From NCBI GenBank assembly GCA_002269645.1, contig NIVC01000059.1, positions 1,054,001-1,118,000 of the forward strand: a stretch of 64,000 bases of DNA, given 5' to 3'. The DNA comes from Macrostomum lignano (lineage: Eukaryota). The notes under the pieces are model-generated. The model was not told the origin of the DNA, ran no database searches, and saw only the letters and a list, made by a program, of their open reading frames with translations. Below, in pieces: positions 9,686 through 21,462 of the stretch. Numbering within the stretch: position 1 is the first letter of the stretch; every line of letters begins with the position of its first letter. Both the position numbers and the translations under genes were made by a program.

Positions 9686-11315
9686 TGCTTTTAGTATTTT
9701 GCTTTTGTTAAAATTCGAATATCAATGCGAATATCAATGGGGAAACAAATGCGTCGCGGTCTGCTGCTGCACCGTCGGCGTCGAGGAGTCATGCATTATA
9801 AAATCAAACCTATGATGCCAAAGAGCTTGATTTGTCATTAAAAAAATTTGACAAATCAAGTGCACTTGCACTTAGGCGTGGGGCAATATAGTTTTACTAT
9901 TTAAACATCACTTAGTCCATGTAGTCTAGGGGCACAGAAACAATGGCATGGTTACTGGTTGTTTTTTAAAATAAATTCTATAGTAATATAGTGTAGGCTA
10001 GGCCCTATTATAATTCTATACTATACCTAGTCTAATAATAGTCAACAACAACTAGTCCTACTCTAGCTCAACTTGACTACTCAAATTCAAAATGGTGACT
10101 GGTCAGATTAGATTGGTGATAAGACATTTTGGTGGTAAGTTTAGACACTGGTGACAAGTTCATAGTTATTTGTTGTTAGGCCTACTATTTATGTCTATGC
10201 CTATAGCCTAGTAGCTAGTACGTAGTAGGCCTAGTCATATAGGCCTATGATTATTCTTTAGTCATTTTGATGTTGCATAATAATTGGGCCCTATAATTGA
10301 GTTTACTAAGCTGTCAGTTGCATATCTGCTTATTGTAGGTAGGTATAATCAATCATTATTAGGGGCCTTATAAAGTTATATAGCAATTACTTCAATGTTT
10401 AATTAATCTTCTAGTTCCACCTTTGAGCCAATGAATAGGCACCTATAAGTCTTATACCATGAATGCCCTAAAAACCATATGCCTTTTTCTTCTCTTTTTC
10501 TCTTTGATATATAAGGTAGTTATAGGAGCCATTTATATGATACTTGGCCCTGATATTTATTCTTTATGCTGCATAAAAGCATTTTTCTTTAGGTTCTTTA
10601 TCTTTTTCTCTAAGAATAAGACAATTCTTGCCCAATTAAATTTTATCCATCTGTTTTAATCTATTCAAGCTCTAATGCTCTTTAATGTGTATATTTAATA
10701 TTTAGGTGTCTTGTAGTTGTATTTTCAGTCTAATTCAAACCAATTTAATCAATTTGATTTGAATATAAAAGTTATTCAAAAAGCTTTAGCAACTAGGCTT
10801 AGCTATTAAAATGCAAACAGAGAGTTAGATTAAAAAATATTGCTTTTAAAGTCTATATAACCTAGACAACATGTTTTATATATATTTGATGCCTTTTTTA
10901 TACAAGAATAAAATTTTACTCAATAACTGAATTGAAACTATCATCTTATGATATGAGCATCTTGGTCAGTTTTGGAACTGTGCAGAGCCAAATCTAGGTT
11001 GTAGGGTAGGTGACAAACAATTTTTTAGTTGGTTCTATACCTAAAATGTAGTTTGTCATTGCTGTTATAGGACTTAAGACTAATGCTTTTCCTTTTAATA
11101 TTAAATAATTCAATTTATTGTGCAACTGCATATAAATCTGACCTATTTAAAAAATACATTGAATTTTTATTTTATTACTGGATAATTATGCTTGCAATTT
11201 TTTTTCAAGTTAATCAAAATGTCCTGTATATAAATGTTTTTAAAGAGAATTTAAATTGTCAATAAAAATAAAATTTTCCAACTCTCTGAAATCTGTGCAG
11301 CTCAAGGCAGTTTCA

Positions 11316-14300
11316 ATGCCAGACAATGGACATGAGAATGGGAGTCTGGAATCTTCATCTATTGTTATGCTAACACGCCAACGAAGATCAAATAGAATAG
11401 CCAGTCAGCCGCAGCAGCATCAACACCTGCAAGAAGAAGAGTTAACCCAAGCAGCTCAACCAGACGCCACTAAGAATGAACCACAGCGCCAAAAGCAGAG
11501 ACGCCGCAAGCAAGGCCGACCATCTTCTTCTGCTGCTCAGGCTCCGGCTGCAGAGAGCGACACAATTATTACCAATCAGCTAGACAGCCAATTGTCAGCA
11601 TCGAATTTGTTAATCTGTTTCGACTGCCGTTTTGCCACCCTGCAATTGTCGGCTTATATGGATCACGTGATGCAGCGGCACGGATTGGCGCCCACAGAGG
11701 TGAAGCTGCATCGCTGTTTAGACTGCGGCTTTCTGTCTAGCGAAGCTGCGGTTCTGACTGAACACCTGACTGTCATGGGTCACGGGGCTGCTGCTACTGC
11801 TTCGGACAACCCTGGTTTGTGAAAATTTATCTTTAACCCGTTCATTGATTTACTTCTTTTTCAGCTCTTTAGCTTATTCACTCAATCCTCGAGTCACATG
11901 TTTCTCTGCATTCACTCAATCCTTGAGTAACTTCTTTCTCTTCATTCACTCAATCCTCGAGTCACTTGTTTCTCTCCATTCACTCAATCCTCGAGTCACT
12001 TGTTTCTCTCAGTTCACTCAATCCTCGAGTCACTTGTTTCTCTCCATTCACTCAATCCTCGAGTCACTTGTTTCTCTCAATTCACTCAATCCTCGAGTCA
12101 CTTGTTTCTCTCAGTTCACTCAATCCTCGAGTCACTTGTTTCTCTCCGTTCACTCAATCCTCGAGTCACTTGTTTCTCTCCGTTCACTCAATCCTTTCTC
12201 TCAATTCACTCAATCCTCGAGTCACTTGTTTCTCTCAATTCACTCAATCCTCGAGTCACTTGTTTCTCTCAATTCAATCAATCCTCGAGTCACTTGTTTC
12301 TCTTCATTCACTCAATCCTCGAGTCACTTGTTTCTCTCCATTCACTGAATCCTTGGATCACTCAAATCACTTACCCTACCCCCCCTTCCACCTCAGAGCC
12401 CGCCTGTCCAGATGATAACCTGGCCATTCCAACTGGCACTGCAGTTGGTCATGTAACGCCAAAGAGCCGCGGCTTGCACTCTTGCACCAGCTGCGGCAAG
12501 CATTTCCGTCTCAGATACAGCCTGATGCGACATCGTCTCGCTGTGCACATATCAGAATCAGCAGCTGCAACACCTGCGGCTGATACGGAAGCAACCAGCT
12601 CCGCTTCGAAGTTGGCCTGTCGAATCTGCTGTAAACTATTTAAATCCCAGCGCTCATATCAGGTGCACAAGTTAGCATTCCACGCCTCCAACACTGACGA
12701 CGCGACTGCAGCTGGTAAAGTTGCTATCGCTGATCAGTCGCTGATTAATCTGGATTGCCCAACGAATCCCGGAGATGACTGCGTGATTGTGTCCGATCCG
12801 GAACCATTCAAGTGTCGTTATTGCGATCTGAAGTGAGTTAATATCCTGCATGTATATACTAAGTCTTAATGCACATCAAGCTCAGTCTGTAGAATCCACA
12901 AACAATCATTCACAGTCGTTCATGAACCATCCTCAATCGTCCATGAACTATTCCCAATCATCCTTGAGCCATCAAGGAATCGTCCATGAACTATTCCCAA
13001 TCATCCTTGAGCCATCAAGGAATCGTCCATGAACTATTCCCAATCATCCTTGAGCCATCAAGGAATCGTCCATAAACTATCCCTAATCGTCCAAAAAATA
13101 TCCCCAATCGTCCATTAGACATTCCCAATCGTCCATGAGCCATCCCCAATCGTCCATGAGCCATCCCCAATTGTCCATGAGCCATCCCCAATTGTCCATG
13201 AGCCATCCCCAATTGTCCATGAGCCATCCCCAATTGTCCATGAGCCATCCCCAATTGTCCATGAGCATTCCCAAATCGTCCATGAGCCATTCTCAAAGAA
13301 TCGTCCGTGAATTATTCTCAAATAATCGTCCACGAACTATCCCCAATCGTCCATGAGCCAAGCTTCATCACCCCTCTCTCCCGCCGCAGATTCGCTAAGA
13401 AGACGGCATTCGCCAGGCACGTGGCCGTCGACCATCCCGCCGAGCGGCCCTACCAGTGCGGCCAGTGCGGCCGCGGCTTCAAGTTTCCGCATTCGCTGGC
13501 TATGCACGCTCGCTTTCACAAGGGCGAGCTCACCTGTGAGCAGTGCGGCAGGTTGTTTCACAGCGATCGCGAGTTTCACGAGCACATGGCGTCTGTGAGT
13601 ACAAGATTTGTAACGTTAATTTGAGATATTGTACTGTGGAGGAATTTTTATTGCTTGCCGGGGAAATATATAAATAAACAACAATCCCTGCATTGATAAA
13701 ATATATTGATCCAAAATTGGGATGCCTAACAATGACCCATCCCTAGATATGAGGATTAATCACAAATTGGGATATCTAACAATGACCCATTCCTAAATAT
13801 GAGGATTAATCACAAATTGGGATATCTAACAATGACCCATCCCTAGATATAAGGATTAATCCCAAATTGGGATATTTAACAATGACCCATCCCTAGATAT
13901 AAGGATTAATCCCAAATTGGGATATCTAACAATGACCCATCCCTAGATATAAGGATTAATCCCAAATTGGGATATCTAACAATGACCCATCCCTAGATAT
14001 AAGGATTTATCCCAAATTGGGATATCTAACAATGACCCATCCCTAGATATAAGGATTAATCCCAAATTGGGATATCTAACAATGACCCATCCCTAGACAT
14101 AATGATTAATCCCAAATTGGGATATCTAACAATGACCCATCCCTAGACATAATGATTAATCCCAAATTGGGATATCTAACAATGACCCATCCCTAGATAT
14201 AAGGATTAATCCCAAATTGGGATATCTAACAATGACCCATCCCTAGATATAAGGATTAATCCCAACTTGGGATATCTTAAATCTAACGAAATCCCAGACT

Positions 14301-15117
14301 GACTGGTCACTAATGTAGAGATCCCTGTTCCTGATCTTGTGGATATTCAGCCTAGCTATTCACTTTCGAAAAGAAAAAATCCCAAAGATCCTTTCCCACC
14401 ACAACCAAGGTGCACGAAGGCAGCCTGACATTCCTATGCGAGTCCTGCGGGCGCACGTTCCCAACCCAGTACCGGTTGAACCGGCACGCCAGGTCGCACA
14501 ACCGGGATCGCCAGCTGGACTGTCCGCAGTGCGGCCGCCTGTTCCACCGGGCCGACAAGCTGAAACTGCATCTGGAGTGCGTGCACTCCGACCGGCGGCC
14601 TCACCTGTGCCACCTGTGCGGCCGGGCTTATAACAGGCGCGACAAACTGGCTCTGCATATTAAACAGCATCAAAGAAAGGAGGAACAGCAACAGCAGAAG
14701 CAGCAACAACAGCAAGAGCAGCAGCAAAAGCAATCGAAGCCATGTAAAGTCGGTCGGCGACCGCGTAAAAAAGCGACAGTTGCGACAGAAGGCCCTCGTA
14801 GGGAGGAGCCTACGCCTACGCCGCCCACACAGCCGCATGTTCCGCCGCCGCCGTCGTCTCTTCCGACAGCGCATTGCCCGAATTCTCCTCTAGGAGACGC
14901 TCTGATTAGCATAGCCAACGGCTGTCTGCACGATGACGTCATGTCGGACGGATTTCTTCTGCAGCAGCAGCAGCAACAGCAACAACAGCAACAACAACAT
15001 CAGCAGCAGATCATTTTCTTAGAATCATTCGACCAGCCGGAGCAGCAACACTTGGCACTCTATTCTCCCCTATCTGGCGCTTTCTTTGCCGCTAACGATG
15101 GCAATCTAATGCAGTGA
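11316..15117 (+). CDS. C2H2 zinc-finger protein, 10 fingers, polyQ C-terminus (4 coding exons, about 615 aa)
   Basis: Exons 11316-11814, 12397-12832, 13390-13594 and 14410-15117 join in frame over GT-AG introns (1848 nt). Fingers split by introns are restored on splicing: CRYCDLK|FAKKTAFARHVAVDH and CEQCGRLFHSDREFHEHMAS|VH. The start may lie further upstream. Confidence 0.88.
11870..12350. repeat. 34-bp minisatellite in ZnF intron 1
   Basis: Unit TTCACTCAATCCTCGAGTCACTTGTTTCTCTCCA, period 34. Confidence 0.95.
12900..13360. repeat. 21-bp minisatellite with degenerate flanks in ZnF intron 2
   Basis: Core unit CCATGAGCCATCCCCAATTGT, period 21 at about 13130-13270. Confidence 0.9.
13705..14275. 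repeat. 50-bp minisatellite in ZnF intron 3
   Basis: GATATCTAAC recurs every 50 bp (e.g. 13921, 13971); about 11 copies. Confidence 0.95.
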
Positions 15118-16633
15118 TGCTCTTTACTAGCTAGTTTCAAATTCCGCTAATTTATTGTTAAAGAACTATTCGATCTGGAACATCATTTATTAGCTTTTGT
15201 TCTGTGATAATATTGTTTTCAATCTCAACTATCTAGCACGCATATATATAGTTAGCTATATTGTTAATTTGCTTAGCCTCTAACGGCTCTAGTGTACGTG
15301 CGTACAATTTGAAATCCAATGACACGTAGAGATTTATTAAAAGCGTTTAAACAAAATTTAAACAAGTATTTGTGAATCTACTAACATATAATTTATAGTA
15401 TATTTAATTTATGGTACAATAATTTTTAATCAAGGCGTGTTTGTATGCTAAATAGTTCTCTGTGTTTGTTTCAATAAATAAACAAAATTTCAAGGATCTT
15501 CAAAGGATTTGCAGTGTTCTGTTGTTTGACAAATTTAATTTTACGGATTTATGTCAGTTATGCATGTAAATAGTTTTTATCTCTTAATTCAGAATTTTTC
15601 AGAAAGCTCCACATTTGACTCGGAATTCAAAGCCTTAAAGATATTGTACATGTACAGATAGCTGTACGCTTTGGAGCTAGTACTGGTAGTTCGAGTTGCA
15701 TGCTGTCGGTTAAGAAATGAATTTGCGAATGTAGTTCGTCTTTGCGTTAAAATACATGCAGTAAATCTTCTAAAATCTATGTCATACATACTGTAAATAA
15801 ACGTTCAACAACACACTAAATCTATTTAAATTTTTAGTCTGCAATAACTAATGATTAATGACTTCATGATTCATTAGTTATCAATAACTAATGATAACTA
15901 ATGATGTGTGGTAAACCTTGGTATCGCAAGCAGCTATCAGTAAATTACAAGTATGTTTTGTCTCAAAACTTGTTCTGTTCGTCGCTTTTAAGAACAAAAT
16001 AATGTTGCATTTATGATGGATCATTTTGAAGTCGCAAGTCAAACCTGTTACCAAACAAATCACGGCCAGGTGCAATCGATGTGTTTTCATGTAGAATTTC
16101 AAAAAAGGGTATTCTGATCGAGATACTGCACTTAGTTTACATGTATAATTGACAAAATAGAAAAAATGAAAGAGCACCATTACTTATAACTTCACGGATT
16201 ATTTTACATTACCATTCACTACAATACAGTGGTCCTTGATTTACTATTACTCAGATGAAGTCAACTGCAGGTGTGGATATATAAGTGCGTAATTATGTAC
16301 AATAGATAAACAAATCATAAGTTTAAATTATTTCTTTAGAGTGAACTAAAGCATTAAAATTTTCATATCAAAAATATTCCTAAAAACTTCTTATTTTTTG
16401 TTTTTAATTATTTACTATTTTCAACTTTACCAAGACCAATCATAAGATGCCAAGCTGTAACACGCTTCCCTTCTGAATTTAAAAGTAGGTTTTTCCGCGA
16501 CATAGTTAGCTCGTACCATAGTATCAGGTTCTCGGGTTCGACACCTCTATTTACTAAACAGTTATTTTCACAGTTTTTATACAGGTATCCTAACTTCTAT
16601 AACAGTAATATTTTATAATACGCTCGTAATATA

Positions 16634-18601
16634 ATGATCAAGTGGTTTTTTGTACTTGCGGCTCTCCTGCCATTTGCATTTTGCGAAGTATACTTCAAAG
16701 AAGAATTTCTGGATGGTGAGTTTCGTTTCGTGTCTATATATATTACAATTTGTTAAAATTTTAGGATACTGAATACCAATGACTAATTTTAGGATACTGA
16801 ATACCAATGACTACTGAATACCAACGGTAGTTAAAGATACAATTTTAATGAATTGGCTTTTAAGACTGAAGAAAATGAAAAAATATTATTCATGATTGAA
16901 ACAGCACAGCTAAGCTAGAAGATACTTCAAAAGTTTTTTATTGTCAGACTTTTAAAATTAATTTTAATGGGGAAAACTCTTTGCTAAAACACACTTTTTC
17001 TTAGAGAACTCATTTATCTCTACATAAAAAATATAATGTGCAATATATAGCTGCAACTGCAACAAAAAATTCATTAATGTTAGCATAGTAGTTTTATTAC
17101 ATATTCTGTCTTGTCTTGAATGCAATTTAGGTTTGTTCTTTCATTTCATAAAATTTATCACTGCCTTTTTAGTAAAGTAAATTGAATTGTTTTTATTTCT
17201 TTTAATTTTATTTTCAAGTTTCAAATAAAAAATAACTAATTTTTTAATATTCATTAGATAAATGTGCCTTGGATAAATACATTAACCAGGTTAAAACTTT
17301 AGCTATTTGACCTAACTCAGTGGACTCCACTTAACCCGCAGAGTCATGGCGTGATCGCTGGGTTGAGTCCACCTACAAAGGCGCCGACCAAGGCAAGTGG
17401 GACTGGAGCGCTGGAAAGTTCTACAACGACGCCCAGAAGGACAGGGGCATCAAAACTACCCAGGACGCCAAGTTCTACGACATCAGCGCCAAATTTGACA
17501 AGCCCTTCTCAAACCAGGGCAAACCGCTGGTCATTCAATTTCAGGTTAGCTAGTCCCCATCTGCTAAAACGAGCTTAAATAAAAAGCATCAAACTCGTTA
17601 CTTGCTACTCGTTAGTAGGCGATAGCTTTTACTGTGATTAATATATTTTGAACATTAAATTACCTCAGGTGAAACACGAGCAAAACATCGACTGCGGTGG
17701 CGGCTACGTGAAGCTTCTTGGCAGCGACATCGATCAGAAGAACTTCCACGGCGACTCGCCCTACAAAATCATGTTCGGCCCGGATATTTGCGGTCCTGGC
17801 ACTAAGAAGGTGCACGTCATCTTCAACTACAAGGGCAAGAATTTGCTCACCAAGAAGGAGATTCGCTGCAAAGATGACGAGCTGAGCCACCTGTACACCC
17901 TGATTGTGAAGCCTGACAACACCTACGAGGTGCTGATTGACAACGAGCGAGCTGAAGGCGGCGAACTCGAGGCCGACTGGGACTTCCTGCCACCCAAGAA
18001 GATCAAAGATCCGGCCGCCAAGAAGCCGGACGACTGGGACGAGCGCGAGAAAATCGACGACCCGAACGACAAGAAGCCGGAGGACTGGGACAAGCCCAAG
18101 ACCATCCCGGATCCCAAGGCCAAGAAGCCCGACGATTGGGACGACGAGATGGACGGAGAATGGGAGCCGCCGATGATTGACAACCCGGACTACAAGGGCG
18201 AATGGAAGCCCAAGCAGATTGACAACCCGGCCTACAAGGGCAAGTGGATCCACCCGGAGATTGACAACCCGGACTACTCGCCGGACCCCGAGCTGTACAA
18301 GTACACCGACATCGGCGCCATCGGCTTCGACCTGTGGCAGGTGAAGTCTGGATCCATCTTCGACAACGTCTTCGTTGGCGACGACCCAGCCGAGGCCAGG
18401 GCCTTCGCCGATGAGACCTTCAAGAAGACCGTCGAAGGCGAGAAGAAGATGAAGGAGAAGCAGGACGAGGAGGACAGGAAGAAGGCCGAAGAAGAGGAGA
18501 AGAAGCGCAAAGAGGAGGAGGAAGCCAAGAAGAAGTCGGAAGGCGGCGAGGCCAAGAAGGAGGACGACAGCAAAGCTGGCGATACAAAAGACGAGCTCTA
18601 G
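16634..18601 (+). CDS. CALR: Calreticulin (3 exons, 405 aa)
   Basis: Exons 16634-16715, 17342-17544 and 17669-18601 are in frame. Signal peptide MIKWFFVLAALLPFAFC/EVYFKEEF; KHEQNIDCGGGYVK; IMFGPDICG; P-domain KPEDWD and GEWKP repeats; acidic tail ending KDEL. Confidence 0.98.
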
Positions 18602-19674
18602 AAGCATAAGAACATTGCCGTTAGCGACAACCGAGCCATCGACAGCCATTGTGTAAGCTGTTATGTACTGCTAGTGCCAAGTACTTTGTAAAATCGGTTA
18701 AGTTCAAAATTGATCTATATCAGTAATCATCATTCGAAATTATAATTTTACTGTTAATACTAGTAATAAAATATTTAATAATAATAGCCAAGTTTTGAAT
18801 TGCCTGCAGCTGTGAGAAGGCCCTAGTCGAAATATTATTACTAATTTTACTTGTTTTGCCTAGCAACTGATATAATTGCCTTATAAGTTATCGTCGTTTT
18901 TAAGGTTCGGCTTTGCGGTCTTCAATCATCGGTAACGTCGTTGTTAGCTAAATAATACTTTTGTTTATTTACGTATTGGTTTTATATGTTTAATTTTTCT
19001 CCGGCTTTGCATCTCGTGTCGTGTTCTCTGCGCACTATAATTAAATTATAGTACTTTATAAAATACGTGTTTAGTCACAAGCTGTTAACTTGAAGTTTCT
19101 GAGCTCATTTATCAAACGCAAAGATAAATTGTGCACACAGGTATTATTATTTTGCTTATCGCTTTGAAACAACGTTTGAAACAACATGAAACAACGTTTA
19201 TATAATACTGTTGTCAGTTTCTTGAGACTAACAACAGATTAAAATTATTGAGAATGAATACAGAAATAATAAATATTATTGATCTTTGTATTACTATGAT
19301 GCACAAGAATACGTGGCTACGTGATCACGTTTGATGTCTTTATTCTGTCAAAAAAGAATACTTAAAGCTTAAGATCAAGTTTTTTGTATTTTTTCTTTAA
19401 CTTATTTACACACATGTACTACTTGTGCATTTAAGTAGTACGAGGTAAAATTAAAATCTTATCAAACAAAGGGGGATATATAATGTTGTTATAAATTTTC
19501 GTCACCACCAAGGAGTACTTGAGTGCAGCTGTCGGAACCCCCATTATTGCTCTAGATTGGTTTCATCATTTGTATGTCGATCCAAATATATATTGTGCGT
19601 TGAGTGCCTCGTTTGACTTCAGTGTCTGGACTAATTCTCGGATTCTATAGTTCGTTTAGAGTGTGCATGGTCTA

Positions 19675-21150
19675 GTTTCGTTTCAGAGCGTCTAGATAGT
19701 TTGTTTTCAGAGTGTCTAGATAGTTTGTTTTCAGAGTGTCTAGATAGTTTGTTTTCAGAGTGTCTAGATAGTTTGTTTTCAGAGTGTCTAGATAGTTTGT
19801 TTTCAGAGTGTCTAGATAGTTTGTTTTCAGAGTGTCTAGATAGTTTGTTTTCAGAGTGTCTAGATAGTTTGTTTTCAGAGTGTCTAGATAGTTTGTTTTC
19901 AGAGTGTCTAGATAGTTTGTTTTCAGAGTGTCTAGATAGTTTGTTTTCAGAGTGTCTAGATAGTTTGTTTTCAGTGTCTATTTTGGTTCCAGGGAGCTTA
20001 GATTGGTTTCAAAGAATATAGATTGGTTCCAGAGAGTAGTCTAGATTGGTTCCAGAGTATCTAGATTGGTTTGATGGAGTCTAGATTGGTTCCAAAGTCT
20101 CTATTTTGGTTTCACGGAATCTCGAGATTGGTTCCAGAGTGTCTAGATTGGTTCCAAGGAGTCTATGTTGGTTCCAGGAAGTTTAGATTGGTTCCAAGGA
20201 GTACATGTATATGTTGGTTCCAGGAAGTTTAGATTGGTTCCAGAGTGTCTAGATTGGTTCCAATGAGTCTAGATTGGTTCCAAAGAATCTAGATTGGTTC
20301 CAAAGAATCTAGATTGGTTCCAAAGAATCTAGATTGGTTCCAAAGAATCTAGATTGGTTCCAAAGAATCTAGATTGGTTCCAAAGAATCTAGATTGGTTC
20401 CAAAGAATCTAGATTGGTTCCAAAGAATCTAGATTGGTTCCAAAGAATCTAGATTGGTTCCAAAGAATCTAGATTGGTTCCAAAGAATCTAGATTGGTTC
20501 CAAAGAATCTAGATTGGTTCCAAAGAATCTAGATTGGTTCCAAAGAATCTAGATTGGTTCCAAAGAATCTAGATTGGTTCCAAAGAATCTAGATTGGTTC
20601 CAAAGAATCTAGATTGGTTCCAAAGAATCTAGATTGGTTCCAAAGAATCTAGATTGGTTCCAAAGAATCTAGATTGGTTCCAAAGAATCTAGATTGGTTC
20701 CAAAGGATCTACGAGTACGAGCTAGATTGGTTCCCAGGGTGTCTAGATTGGTTCCCAGGGTGTCTAGATTGGTTCCCAGCGAGTCTAGATTGGTTCCCAG
20801 GGTGTCTAGATTGGTTCCCAGCGAGTCTAGATTGGTTCCCAGCGAGTCTAGATTGGTTCCCAGGGTGTCTAGATTGTTTCCCAGGGTGTCTAGATTGTTT
20901 CCCAGGGTGTCTAGATTGGTTCCCAGCGAGTCTAGATTGGTTCCCAGCGAGTCTAGATTGGTTCCCAGGGTGTCTAGATTGTTTCCCAGGGTGTCTAGAT
21001 TGTTTCCCAGGGTGTCTAGATTGGTTCCCAGCGAGTCTAGATTGGTTCCCAGGGTGTCTAGATTGGTTCCCAGCGAGTCTAGATTGGTTCCCAGCGAGTC
21101 TAGATTGGTTCCCAGCGAGTCTAGATTGGTTCCCAGGGTGTCTAGATTAA
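19675..21150. repeat. Composite TCTAGA-core minisatellite: 24-bp, then 20-bp, then 21-bp units
   Basis: TCTAGATAGTTTGTTTTCAGAGTG (19675-19975); CTAGATTGGTTCCAAAGAAT (about 20270-20705); CTAGATTG(G/T)TTCCCAG(GGT/CGA)GT (20720-21150). Confidence 0.95.
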
Positions 21151-21462
21151 TTCCAGCTTCTCTGGATTGATAATATTATTTCTAAAAGCTTTCTCAAAAG
21201 GGTCTAATATCGCGGCCTCACGGATTCAGGGACTCCAGATTCTTATTTGAGTTGTTCCAGTTAAATCACACTAGGTTTGGTTTTGTGGAGGATTCCAGTC
21301 AATCAAAACGGTTCCAGAGTTTGTCAATAGAAATTAATTTCAGAGATTTATAATCTTCAGCAACATAAGATCTGCATTCTGTAGGGTATGTGTGAAGATT
21401 ATTTCAAAGGCAGTGTTGTCGACATATTCGCCACTGCTTATAACTGCAGCATCGGCCAGGCA

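Larger units (their letters stand above)
6213..9754. mobile_element. 3542-bp foldback-type element: long inverted arms made of 177-bp tandem units, 9-bp TSD, internal RTE cargo
   Basis: Ends ACGCATTTGTTTCCCCATTG... and ...CAATGGGGAAACAAATGCGT are perfect inverted repeats. TSD CGCGGTCTG at 6204-6212 and 9755-9763. The left arm has about 4.8 copies of the 177-bp unit, the right arm about 2 inverted copies. Confidence 0.9.

Noticed and set aside
16500-16560. tRNA-like B-box GGTTCGACACC upstream of calreticulin
   Set aside because: No A-box or cloverleaf could be formed.
17660-18649. 329-aa minus-strand ORF
   Set aside because: Antisense shadow of GC3-rich calreticulin exon 3.
19675-21150. CRISPR-like appearance of regular repeats (here and in other arrays)
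   Set aside because: No unique spacers, no cas genes, and a eukaryotic context.
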